From: Spirochaetia bacterium
GTDB lineage: Bacteria; Spirochaetota; Spirochaetia; UBA9216
Assembly (NCBI GenBank): GCA_963677925.2
Contig: CAXXYH010000003.1
Location: 1,152,001-1,216,000 of the forward strand
Direction: 5' to 3'
Length of the DNA stretch: 64,000 bases
Under the pieces are notes generated by a model, which did no database searches, had not been told where the DNA came from, and worked only from the letters and a program-made list of their open reading frames with translations. Positions 1 to 9,399 of this stretch are shown here, piece after piece; position 1 is the first letter of the stretch; each line of letters opens with the position of its first letter. The position numbers and the translations under genes were made by a program.

Positions 1-909
1 TGATGAAACAAGTGAGGAGGAATCAATACGGCCCTGAGCCAGAAGTTCCAGGCTTTCCGGGATTTCTGTTGTATAGATCATCGAGCCTTTAATGGTAAGT
101 TCTTTTCTTACAATTTTTACAGTTGATACCGGATATTCAAGCGCAGGCAGACCGAGTGTTACAATCACGGCACCGGGGGCTGCAAGTTCAATGCATTCAT
201 TCAGTCCTGCAGGAGATCCGGTGGTTTCGAATATAACATCAAATTCTCCCTGATGTGAATAAAGCTCATCACTGTCGCCGAAAACACGTGCGGCTCCCAT
301 GCTCCTCGCAAGTTCAAGCCTTGAATCCAATAGATCGCTGCTTGTAATATTATCACTGTATGCCTTGGCAGTCTGAAGACAGAGCTGACCAATTACTCCG
401 GCACCCAGAACAAGAACCCTGTCTGCTTTTTTTATTCCGGCTTTCTTGATTCCATGGAGACAAACGGCAAGAGGTTCAGCAAAAACCGCAACCTCATCCG
501 GCATTTCCTCAGGAACCTGAAATACCGCCGATGCGGGAACTACCGCATATTCCGCAAATACACCGTCAATATCCACACCGAGCCGGATTTTACTGCTGCA
601 GATATTTGTAAGCCCCTTCCTGCACATTTCACAGACACCGCAGAAATAATTCGGGTGTATGGTAACCCGCTGCCCCGGGTGCAGATGTCTGACATTATTT
701 CCTGCCGCATCGATAAGACCTACAGCCTCATGACCGGGAATCAGAGGGAAGGGAGCTTCAAGCTTTCCATGAAACATGGAGTTATCGGATCCGCAGATTC
801 CGCCGAGTTTTACCTGAACGCGAACTTCATCAGGTCCGGGAACAGGAACCTGAACATCATTTACTTCTATATTACCAATTGCTTTTATAACAGCAGCTTT
901 CATTTTCAT
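1..909 (-). CDS. Zinc-dependent medium-chain alcohol/polyol dehydrogenase (partial, runs off window start)
   Basis: Own translation (absent from ORF track): MKMKAAVIK...GICGSD...PLIPGHEAVG...CGVCEMCRKGLTNIC; the 3' part read near position 1 is in the same frame. Start may be 903. Confidence 0.9.
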   Translation of the reverse strand, partial: MKMKAAVIKAIGNIEVNDVQVPVPGPDEVRVQVKLGGICGSDNSMFHGKLEAPFPLIPGHEAVGLIDAAGNNVRHLHPGQRVTIHPNYFCGVCEMCRKGLTNICSSKIRLGVDIDGVFAEYAVVPASAVFQVPEEMPDEVAVFAEPLAVCLHGIKKAGIKKADRVLVLGAGVIGQLCLQTAKAYSDNITSSDLLDSRLELARSMGAARVFGDSDELYSHQGEFDVIFETTGSPAGLNECIELAAPGAVIVTLGLPALEYPVSTVKIVRKELTIKGSMIYTTEIPESLELLAQGRIDSSSLVSS

Positions 910-938
910 ATCCTTCAACGTTGCAACAGGGTATTAGT

Positions 939-1859
939 TTAGACACTGAAAATCAAGCCCGCATGTCTGGATCTCTGCCGGATTGCATAAAACTCACTTA
1001 TAATCCCGGCCATTTCCGGGCATCGAAGATAACCGTAGGATTTATGAGGATTTCTCTCACCTTCAAATTCATAGTTATTCCGGATAAGCGTATCCTGAGG
1101 TTGTATCCCGTGACGGTTCGGCAGAAAATCATCATTAAGAATATAATTAATTGCAACACGGTCCTTGAAATCTGCCAGATTATACCAATTCCGTATAATA
1201 TTATCAGGCGTTCTTAAAACAGGATCTGTCCCCGGATATTCTGAAATAAGCTTGCTTTTAACTACAGGATTACCAAGCGGTGATCCTATGGTAACCAGTG
1301 TATCAATCTTAACATCGGGCACCCATCTGGTAAGAACATCCCAGGCAATTATTGACCCCATTGAATGAGCAACCAGCATAATTTTCTTTCTCCGGTTTTT
1401 TCTAATGCAGTCAGCCAGCCTTCCGCAAATTTCATCACGTTTTCTGTAATCCTTTTCGTTGAAGTAGGCATCAAGATCCTTAAGGAAATGACGTATTATA
1501 AAATCTGTAATTCTCGAGAAATTGGGAGAACCGTCGTCCTCAATAAAAATCTTTTCGAGCTGTTCGTTGAGCATTTTTCTGAACCCTGGATTTTGATCAC
1601 GTATTTCTGTAACCGAATATGCCCCGCCCCCCCGAACATAGGGTTCTTTTAAAAATAATTCACTGCCTTTATCTGTAATATTCGGGTCTAAAGCATTCGG
1701 ATGCAGCAGTGAGGCCCAGTAAACCATGCTGAAATTAATAAATCTGTACCGTAAGGAATCACCCAGACCCTCTATGACAGAAGCCTTCCACCACTGCTCA
1801 AGCTGGCGGTACGGGGGTTTGTTTCCCAGACCATGGATTCCTATGATTATTCTGGACAT
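939..1859 (-). CDS. Alpha/beta-hydrolase fold protein
   Basis: IHGLG oxyanion motif, AHSMG nucleophile elbow, TIGSPL, C-terminal PHKSYGYL. Confidence 0.75.
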   Translation of the reverse strand: MSRIIIGIHGLGNKPPYRQLEQWWKASVIEGLGDSLRYRFINFSMVYWASLLHPNALDPNITDKGSELFLKEPYVRGGGAYSVTEIRDQNPGFRKMLNEQLEKIFIEDDGSPNFSRITDFIIRHFLKDLDAYFNEKDYRKRDEICGRLADCIRKNRRKKIMLVAHSMGSIIAWDVLTRWVPDVKIDTLVTIGSPLGNPVVKSKLISEYPGTDPVLRTPDNIIRNWYNLADFKDRVAINYILNDDFLPNRHGIQPQDTLIRNNYEFEGERNPHKSYGYLRCPEMAGIISEFYAIRQRSRHAGLIFSV

Positions 1860-1994
1860 TTTTGGAGTACCCTCACTTTATAATATCTGTAAACCAGTGA
1901 TGCTATATTGCAATAAAGCTGAAGGTTTTCACAAGACTTTTTAGAGGATATCGGCCCTTTTTAATCATTTATAGGCATCAGATATCAGAGCATT

Positions 1995-3059
1995 TCAAAA
2001 ATCAGCCATAACCCGGTTCTTTCCGGATTCCTTCCCACGGTACAAAAGGGCATCGACACGCTCAAACAGTGATTTCTGCGTATCTCCCTCTCTGCAGTGA
2101 GACACACCGAAAGTAACAGTGACATCAATTGCTGTCTCTGAGCATTGAATCGGTAATGAAACAACCTGCTTCCTGATTCGTTCCATGGTATCAACGGCCT
2201 GCTCTGCAGTAGTATTCTTCAGAATAAAAATAAATTCCTCACCGCCCCATCTTCCGATAAAATCATAGTTTCTTACACAGCTTCGGAAGCGTGCTGCCAT
2301 TTCGGTGAGTACCTCGTCACCGCACTGATGACCGTAAGTATCGTTTACTTTTTTAAAATTATCCAGATCTCCCAGGGCAACAGCCACACCCGTTGCTCCA
2401 TCTTTTGAGGAACATAAAAGTATTCTGGAAAGTTCATCCTCTACACTCCTTCTGTTGGGAAGCTCTGTTAAAGTATCGGTGTTTGCCATATGTACTACCC
2501 GGCCGTGATACTGTTTCAGTTCAGATTCTACATCTTTTAATGCCAGATGATAACGGTAGAAACTCAATGAAAGAACTGTAAACGCTGCAATGATGTTAAG
2601 CTCACGAAATACCATACGATGAGCAGCAGGAATTTCATAAAGTGAATTTCCATTTCCGAAAAATACCAGAATCAGAACGTAAAAAATGAGTATGGAAAAA
2701 CTGATGATCAGGCCGTGATTTCGTTTTATACTTGCGCTTGCCGAAATCAGAACATTAACAACAAGAAGATAATGATGTATACCGACTGAAATTCCCATAA
2801 AATAAACCATACCCGGAATATCAATGAGGAATGTTGCCAACCCCATGGTTACAGCAGCTGTAAACAATTCCAGTCTGGCAAGCATAAGGGCAGCACCGAA
2901 AAGCAGGATAATTCCCAGACTGAAATATAATGGAATTAAAAAACCCATCACCATATAGTAAAAAGTATACGGAAGGGTGAATAGCATCGCCATAAAATAG
3001 ATTGTTGACTGGTAGGTATAGACAGGGTCAAAGCGTTTTGACGATGTATCGTTGTTCAT
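1995..3059 (-). CDS. Membrane-bound diguanylate cyclase (GGDEF domain)
   Basis: Hydrophobic N-terminal helices; DTLTELPNRR, DLDNFKKVNDTYGH, RWGGEEF. ATG 3059 preferred over TTG 3089. Confidence 0.92.
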   Translation of the reverse strand: MNNDTSSKRFDPVYTYQSTIYFMAMLFTLPYTFYYMVMGFLIPLYFSLGIILLFGAALMLARLELFTAAVTMGLATFLIDIPGMVYFMGISVGIHHYLLVVNVLISASASIKRNHGLIISFSILIFYVLILVFFGNGNSLYEIPAAHRMVFRELNIIAAFTVLSLSFYRYHLALKDVESELKQYHGRVVHMANTDTLTELPNRRSVEDELSRILLCSSKDGATGVAVALGDLDNFKKVNDTYGHQCGDEVLTEMAARFRSCVRNYDFIGRWGGEEFIFILKNTTAEQAVDTMERIRKQVVSLPIQCSETAIDVTVTFGVSHCREGDTQKSLFERVDALLYRGKESGKNRVMADF

Positions 3060-3247
3060 AATTAAATTATATGAACTGAACAGCGGCAATCAAACCTTGA
3101 ATCAGTAAATTTACGCTTTTATTACTATTTGCATTCTGCTGTAAAGCAGAAGAAATTATAGCTGAGCACAGGCGGTTTCATAGCTCAGGCGGACCTGCCT
3201 GAGCACAGCTGTTAAATGCAATAATCAGATATGATCTTTGGATTAGA

Positions 3248-4168
3248 TTAAGCAAAATATGATTTTGCTATCTCCGCACCCACACGGGCATTATTGAAAA
3301 CAAGTTCAATGTTTGTATTAAGTGAAGCCTTTCCGGTTATTGTCTTAATTGCATCAAGCAGAAAGGGCGTTGCATCTTTCCCTGATATGCCCTTTGCGTC
3401 CATATCTGCAAGAGCCTTTTCTATTGCGCTGTCAATTGTCTTTTTATCTGCTTCAAATTCTTCGGGTACCGGGTTTGCTACAACCATACCGCCCTTGAGT
3501 CCGAGCTCTCTTTTTACACGGAACATGTCGGCAATATCCTTTGCGCTGTCGCAGGAAATCTCAACAGGGTATCCGCTGTCACGGGTAAAAAATGCAGGGA
3601 ACTTCGTTGTGCCGTAACCGACAACCGGAACACCGTATGTCTCAAGGTATTCAAGTGTGAGACCGATATCGAGTATTGATTTTGCCCCTGCGCAGACTAC
3701 TGCAACAGAGGTATTGGCCAGTTCCTGAAGGTCGGCCGATACATCAAAGGTCTTTTCAGCACCGCGGTGAACTCCGCCGATCCCGCCTGTAACAAAAACA
3801 GGAATACCTGCGAGGTCGGATATGATCATAGTTGCGGCTACAGTGGTAGCTCCGCAGAGTTTTTGTGAAACAACCCAGGGGATATCCCTTCTGCTGACTT
3901 TCAGAATATCACTGCTGTTTCCAAGTCTTTCTAGCTCATCATCCTCAAGCCCTACGGTGAGCACACCATCAAGAATGGCTATAGTTGCGGGGATAACGCC
4001 TCTGTCACGTACGATCTTTTCAACCTTCAATGCTGTTTCAACATTATCCGGATACGGCATACCGTGAGATATAATAGTTGATTCAAGACTGAGGACTGGT
4101 TTGCCCTCTGCCAGAGCCTGTTTAACTTCGTCCTTGATTTTTATATAGCTGCTGAAATTCTTTTCCAT
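3248..4168 (-). CDS. psuG: Pseudouridine-5'-phosphate glycosidase
   Basis: LESTIISHGMPYP, KVSRRD, TGGIGGVHRG, SADLQEL, GAKSILD motifs. Confidence 0.95.
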   Translation of the reverse strand: MEKNFSSYIKIKDEVKQALAEGKPVLSLESTIISHGMPYPDNVETALKVEKIVRDRGVIPATIAILDGVLTVGLEDDELERLGNSSDILKVSRRDIPWVVSQKLCGATTVAATMIISDLAGIPVFVTGGIGGVHRGAEKTFDVSADLQELANTSVAVVCAGAKSILDIGLTLEYLETYGVPVVGYGTTKFPAFFTRDSGYPVEISCDSAKDIADMFRVKRELGLKGGMVVANPVPEEFEADKKTIDSAIEKALADMDAKGISGKDATPFLLDAIKTITGKASLNTNIELVFNNARVGAEIAKSYFA

Positions 4169-4185
4169 TTGTCTGTAAACTCCTG

Positions 4186-5277
4186 TTATTCGATTATTTC
4201 CAGTATTTTTTCAGTTGATAGCGACGGATTAACTGTTTCATTGCACAGAACCGTCAAGGCTGATGCGGCTGATGCAAATTTGACTTTTTGATGCACGTTC
4301 ATGTCATTCAATGAACTATAAACCAGACCGGCCATAAACGCGTCACCGGCACCGTTGGAATTCGCCATTTTATAAGGATCCCTGCTGTAGAAACCGATTC
4401 CGTCTTCGGAACCGTAGCAGGTTCCCTTCACACCTCTGTTTATATAAACCTCACTGATACCAGCTGAAACAAGGCGACCGGCGGCTGCCTCAAAATCAGA
4501 ATCCGATTCAATTTTAATTCCGCTTATTATCTCAGCCTCATACCTGTTGCAGGTAAGGGTATGAATATTATGCAGAAGTCCTGCCAGTTTACCGGCCTTT
4601 GCGGTAGAGACAGGATCTACAAAGAACCTTGTATTACGAAAATTATTCAGAAGGTAATCAAGAACTTCTGCCGAGAGATTAGCTTCAACAACAACGGCAG
4701 AGGCGTTTTCTATCAGATTGTTATTTTTGTTTATATAATCAATATTTATCCGGTTGGTGATATCCATGTCAGACAGGGCAAGAACCATTTCACCTGCCTC
4801 GTCCTGGATTGACAGATAAATGGAACTGCGGCCATCATCAATAACCTTAACAGCATCCATATCTATTTTAAGTGTTCTGCAGTCAGCGAGTATTTTATCT
4901 CCGTAAACATCGCCCCCGACAGCCGATAGCATTTTTACACATACATCAAGCCTTGAAAGGTTTTCAGCAATATTACGCCCTACCCCGCCGAGAGACATTC
5001 TGACGGAACCGGGATTGCTGTCGTTGAATCGCAGGCTATGATCGGGAAATCCTGAGATATCTATATTTGCACCGCCAATTACAAGCGCATAGTTCTCTTC
5101 TCCAAGAATATATTTCTTACCCTTTATCATGCCCTTTCTTGTCAGGTTAAGAATATGAACCCCTACGGACGATCTGGTTATGCCAAGCCTGAGGGCAATT
5201 TCCTTCTGACTTATCCATGGATCTGATTTTATCAGCTCAAGGATTTCCTGTTCTCTCTTTGTCACAGCCGCTCCCAT
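4186..5277 (-). CDS. psuK: HTH-fused PfkB-family kinase, probable pseudouridine kinase
   Basis: N-terminal winged HTH (ISQKEIALRLGITRSSV), GGVGRNIAENL, NGAGDAF; directly upstream of psuG. GTG at 5265 after GGAG is an alternative start. Confidence 0.85.
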   Translation of the reverse strand: MGAAVTKREQEILELIKSDPWISQKEIALRLGITRSSVGVHILNLTRKGMIKGKKYILGEENYALVIGGANIDISGFPDHSLRFNDSNPGSVRMSLGGVGRNIAENLSRLDVCVKMLSAVGGDVYGDKILADCRTLKIDMDAVKVIDDGRSSIYLSIQDEAGEMVLALSDMDITNRINIDYINKNNNLIENASAVVVEANLSAEVLDYLLNNFRNTRFFVDPVSTAKAGKLAGLLHNIHTLTCNRYEAEIISGIKIESDSDFEAAAGRLVSAGISEVYINRGVKGTCYGSEDGIGFYSRDPYKMANSNGAGDAFMAGLVYSSLNDMNVHQKVKFASAASALTVLCNETVNPSLSTEKILEIIE

Positions 5278-5280
5278 AAC

Positions 5281-5322
5281 TAAACATATATTTATATTAT
5301 AAACTATTATTTATATTGTCAA
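5281..5322 (-). promoter_or_regulatory. Sigma70-type promoter of psuK-psuG overlapped by two imperfect 19-bp tandem repeats
   Basis: Minus strand TTGACA (5317-5322), 17 bp, TAATAT (5294-5299); repeats taaacatatatttatatta / taaactattatttatattg. Confidence 0.55.
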
Positions 5323-5371
5323 TTATGTAAATGTACAGAATAAATGTTCATTCATTAATTATATAAAAAAA

Positions 5372-5393
5372 GTCCAGAAATATATTTCTGGAC
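5372..5393. promoter_or_regulatory. Perfect 22-bp palindrome, candidate operator (copy 1)
   Basis: GTCCAGAAATATATTTCTGGAC is its own reverse complement; 59 bp upstream of the lipoprotein ATG; identical copy at 7353. Confidence 0.75.
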
Positions 5394-5452
5394 GACAGCG
5401 TAATCATTTTTTTATAGATTTATATGATTTTAATTTCAGGAGAATCAAAGAA

Positions 5453-7252
5453 ATGAAACAATTCAAGATCCAGTTTTATTTTCTCTCTATTTTACTTGTT
5501 CTGAACCTGTCAGGATGCGACCCGGATATTGCAACCGGAGTTGAAGACTCAGACGGCACAGGAACAGTTGAAACTGACAGCGGCATATCAGCCGATGCGG
5601 CAGCAGTGGCAGCAGATACTGCCGCACTTGATGAGTCGGATTTCACCTTCGCATCTGGAGACAGCAGGACAGACGTTACCGGAGACTTTACAGTCCCCAC
5701 CAGCGGGGACAGCGGGACAATCATCACCTGGACTGAGAAACAGGATACGGGTGATAACGTATCAGTTAATGCAGGTACAGTAACAGTAACCCGGCCGGCA
5801 GCCGGCAGCTCAGATGCGGAAGTAATTCTTACTGCCGCTGTAAGCATGGGGTCCGAATCAGCAACAGTTGATTTCACATTTACAATCAATCACATCCCGG
5901 ATGACGAAGCACTTGCGTTTGCCGTGAACAGTCTTACATTTGCTGATTTCATATTTGCAGGCATTGAAAATGAAAATACTGTTAAAAGCAGCTTTACCCT
6001 GCCGCTAACAGATGCCAACAGCAATGCAATCACATGGACTGAAACTACTGACAGCACAAATAACATCAGCATTTCCGGAAATACTGTCACAGTAACACGT
6101 CCCGCAAAATTCTATGAGCATGCCTCTGTCACCATCACAGCCGCGCTAACTTTCGGCAGCTCGAGTGATACAAAAGATTTTACAATACTGATATTGGCTG
6201 ACTACATGTCCGGAGTACACTTCAGTACAAATGTATCATCCTTTACGTATGAAACACCTGCAGAAAACTCTGCAGCGAGGATATTCAGACTCGCAGAGGA
6301 TTCAGAAACAAACTCGGTAGCAATCGTTGGAAACTATGCCTATGTAGCTCACGAGTACGGTCCTGCGGGAGATCCTGTCTATGTTTTTGATATCAGCAAC
6401 CCTGCAGATCCCAAGGCTGTATGCTATTTTGATTTAAACGCAAGTTTTTACAACATTACTGCTTCAGGAAACTATCTGTATGCGGTATGGAACAGGCAAA
6501 TCTTCCCGATTGATGTATCGGATCCTGTTAATCCGGAGGTAATGCGACCGGTTGAAATTGCGTCAACTGAACTTACATCGGTTCTTGACTTATATATTGA
6601 CGGCAGCACCCTGTATTACACCGGCGCTTACTCCTACAACACGTCAACTAGAGTTGGAGCAATCGATATTTCAAATCCAGCAGTACCGGTAATTATGGAT
6701 TATATTCTTTTCAGTGGCCGTCCATACAGAATGACCTGCAGCAACGGCTATGTCTACATTGCAAATGGGTATACTGCTGATGCATCGCTTTCTATAGTGG
6801 ATGGAACTGACCCAATGGATCTAAAACAGATATATCTTGGTGATCTTGATGATAACCTTTCCTATACCACCGGTATCAGTATCGATGGTGATTACCTCTA
6901 CGTTTCTGATGACGGGTATCAAATAGATGTTGTAAATATCACAGACCCGGCAGCACCTGTCTATGTTAAAACAGTGGAGCCAAGCGGAACTCGCAGCCTC
7001 GGAATTCTTTTGGTTTCCGGTAACTCCTTATACGGGGTAAACCGTGGAGATAGTTCAGTACTCAGGTTGGATATTTCAGGCACACCGGATATTACTGAAA
7101 AAACAAAAGTAGTATACGGCGGAGATTTAACAGGAAGTAATGTAACAGGTACTGACTTTGAAGTAAATGGCGGCTATCTGTATGTTACAGGAGTATATAA
7201 CCCCACATCAAACGATATTTGGAATGGTTTCGCGGTAATGCCGGATAATTAA
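5453..7252 (+). CDS. Surface lipoprotein with two Ig-like domains and LVIVD-repeat beta-propeller (paralog 1)
   Basis: Lipobox LSGC; two PTSG..ITW..VTRP Ig-like units; repeated GNYAYV...FDISNPADP units; AGGAG RBS. Confidence 0.85.
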   Translation: MKQFKIQFYFLSILLVLNLSGCDPDIATGVEDSDGTGTVETDSGISADAAAVAADTAALDESDFTFASGDSRTDVTGDFTVPTSGDSGTIITWTEKQDTGDNVSVNAGTVTVTRPAAGSSDAEVILTAAVSMGSESATVDFTFTINHIPDDEALAFAVNSLTFADFIFAGIENENTVKSSFTLPLTDANSNAITWTETTDSTNNISISGNTVTVTRPAKFYEHASVTITAALTFGSSSDTKDFTILILADYMSGVHFSTNVSSFTYETPAENSAARIFRLAEDSETNSVAIVGNYAYVAHEYGPAGDPVYVFDISNPADPKAVCYFDLNASFYNITASGNYLYAVWNRQIFPIDVSDPVNPEVMRPVEIASTELTSVLDLYIDGSTLYYTGAYSYNTSTRVGAIDISNPAVPVIMDYILFSGRPYRMTCSNGYVYIANGYTADASLSIVDGTDPMDLKQIYLGDLDDNLSYTTGISIDGDYLYVSDDGYQIDVVNITDPAAPVYVKTVEPSGTRSLGILLVSGNSLYGVNRGDSSVLRLDISGTPDITEKTKVVYGGDLTGSNVTGTDFEVNGGYLYVTGVYNPTSNDIWNGFAVMPDN

Positions 7253-7270
7253 AAACAAGGATAAAGTATT

Positions 7271-7303
7271 AAAGGCCGCCTGAACTTGAGGTGGCCTTTT
7301 TTT
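7271..7303 (+). terminator. Rho-independent terminator
   Basis: aaaggccgcct-loop-aggtggccttt followed by T-tract after stop of paralog 1. Confidence 0.8.
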
Positions 7304-7352
7304 CCCCGGACAGTACTTGCCGAATACATGGAAAAAAATGTTTGAAAAAAAA

Positions 7353-7374
7353 GTCCAGAAATATATTTCTGGAC
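7353..7374. promoter_or_regulatory. Perfect 22-bp palindrome, candidate operator (copy 2)
   Basis: Identical to 5372-5393, same 59-bp distance to the ATG. Confidence 0.75.
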
Positions 7375-7433
7375 GACGGCATCTGACAAATCGAGTAGAT
7401 TTAGCTGATTTTAATACCAGGAGAATCAAAGAA

Positions 7434-9224
7434 ATGAAACAATTCAAAATCACGCTTTATTTTCTCTCTATTTTACTTGTTCTAAACCTGTCAGGATGCG
7501 ACCCGGATATTGCAACCGGAGTTGAAGACTCAGACGGCACAGGAACAGTTGAAACTGACAGCGGAATATCAGCAGATGCGGAAGCAGTGGCAGCAGATAT
7601 TGCCGCACTTGATGAGTCTGATTTTACATTCATATCAGGCGACAGCAGAACCAGTGTAAGCGGAGACTTCAATCTTCCTACAAGCGGAAGCAGCGGCACT
7701 ATAATTACCTGGAGTGAGAAACAGGATACGGGAGATAACGTATCAGTTAATGCAGGTACAGTAACTGTAACCCGGCCGGCAGCCGGAAGCTCAGATGCGG
7801 AAGTAATTCTTACTGCCGCTGTAAGCATGGGGTCCGAATCGGCAACTGTTGATTTCACATTTACAATCAAGCACATCCCGGATGACGAAGCCGTAGCTGA
7901 AGCAATAGCCAATCTGACAACTGATAATTTCACATTTTCAGGATCTGAGAAGGCTAACGCTGTAAAAAGCAATTTCACCTTACCTCCCACAGATTCAAAC
8001 GGTAATACTATTACCTGGTCTGAAACCGCTGATACCGGAAACAACATTTCAATTGCCGGAGATACTGTCACGGTAACACGTCCGGGGGCATCCTCTGCAA
8101 ATAAATCTGTTACAATTACAGCAGAGATCACATCCGGTACAATAACCGATACAAAAGATTTTACAATACGCATTCTGGCTGATTACATGTCAGGAGTAAC
8201 CTTTAGTACGAATGTATCATCTTATTCCTACGTAATACCCACAGAAAACAGTAATGCACGTCTGTTCAGCCTTGCTGACAGTGCGACAAGCCAGGCGGTA
8301 GCTATAATCGGTGATTACGCATATGTTTCCTACGACTACAGCACACAGAATCACCCGGTTTACATTTTTAATATCAGCGATCCTTTGAATCCGACAGCTA
8401 TAGGTTATTTCGCGTTTAACACTCAAATAAAAACAATGTCTTTGACAGGAGACTATCTGTACGCAGCAGGCAGCTATAATGTTTACCCGATCGACGTATC
8501 AGATCCCGCAAATCCTGAGGTACTGAGACCAGTGAATCTTACTTCGTCGGTAATTATATCTATCAATGATACAATTATCGAAGCTGGTACCCTGTTCTAC
8601 GGAGGCTTTTACGATAGTTCTGAAAGCACAATCGGAAGCCTGGATATTTCCAACCCTGCAGAACCGGTTTCACTTGATTATATAAGACCGTCCGGAAGGT
8701 TTTTCCAGTTCAGCTACAGTAACGGATATCTTTATGCAGCCAACGGCTGGACAGCCGATACAACAGTCGCAATTATCGATGTTACAGATCCTGCGAATAT
8801 GAACCAGATCTATCTTGGGGATCTGGATGGGAATGCCGCATACGTAAAAGGTGTTGCAGTATACGGAGACTATCTTTTCTATCCATACGGCAGTATTATC
8901 AAAGTAGCTGATATTTCCAATCCGTCAGAACCCGTCTATGTAAAAACATTAAGTCCATCCGGAGCTTCCGGATTCCAACAACTTCATATATCCGGAAATA
9001 GATTATACGGTGTAAACGGTGGAAATTGCACTGTGAGCAGAGCCGATATTTCAAATATCCCGACTATCGGCTCATTATCAGCAGTGACTTACGGAAAAGT
9101 ACTGTCAGGCTCGCCGCTAACAGGTAACGATCTTGCCGTCAGCGGAGGATACCTATTCCTCGCCGGAGCTTATTATAACGATAACAGCTTTAACGGCTTC
9201 GTAATAATGCCGGATAATAATTAA
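7434..9224 (+). CDS. Surface lipoprotein with Ig-like domains and LVIVD repeats (paralog 2)
   Basis: Start set at ATG 7434 (AGGAG RBS, matches paralog 1 N-terminus MKQFKI); same architecture. Confidence 0.85.
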   Translation: MKQFKITLYFLSILLVLNLSGCDPDIATGVEDSDGTGTVETDSGISADAEAVAADIAALDESDFTFISGDSRTSVSGDFNLPTSGSSGTIITWSEKQDTGDNVSVNAGTVTVTRPAAGSSDAEVILTAAVSMGSESATVDFTFTIKHIPDDEAVAEAIANLTTDNFTFSGSEKANAVKSNFTLPPTDSNGNTITWSETADTGNNISIAGDTVTVTRPGASSANKSVTITAEITSGTITDTKDFTIRILADYMSGVTFSTNVSSYSYVIPTENSNARLFSLADSATSQAVAIIGDYAYVSYDYSTQNHPVYIFNISDPLNPTAIGYFAFNTQIKTMSLTGDYLYAAGSYNVYPIDVSDPANPEVLRPVNLTSSVIISINDTIIEAGTLFYGGFYDSSESTIGSLDISNPAEPVSLDYIRPSGRFFQFSYSNGYLYAANGWTADTTVAIIDVTDPANMNQIYLGDLDGNAAYVKGVAVYGDYLFYPYGSIIKVADISNPSEPVYVKTLSPSGASGFQQLHISGNRLYGVNGGNCTVSRADISNIPTIGSLSAVTYGKVLSGSPLTGNDLAVSGGYLFLAGAYYNDNSFNGFVIMPDNN

Positions 9225-9245
9225 TTCTTAACCTTTGACAGTTTT

Positions 9246-9277
9246 AAAGCCGTCCCTGCGTGGGCGGCTTTTGTTTT
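9246..9277 (+). terminator. Rho-independent terminator
   Basis: aaagccgtcc-loop-gggcggcttt plus T-rich tail. Confidence 0.75.
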
Positions 9278-9399
9278 AAACGATATTAACGCCTTTTTAT
9301 GCTTAGAATAAAACTTTAGATTTATCACATAATTTGCTTATACAGCTCAGATTCATATAATTAAACAGGAACTACATTGCCAACTCAGGAGGAGCAAAA

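Noticed and set aside
454-942. 162-aa plus-strand ORF and many similar overlapping ORFs (e.g. 7457-8173, 13849-14424, 24632-25336, 30842-31585)
   Set aside because: Antisense or off-frame shadows of well-supported genes; no motifs recognised.
5453-9224. Diversity-generating retroelement acting on the lipoprotein pair
   Set aside because: No reverse transcriptase, and differences are not adenine-specific.
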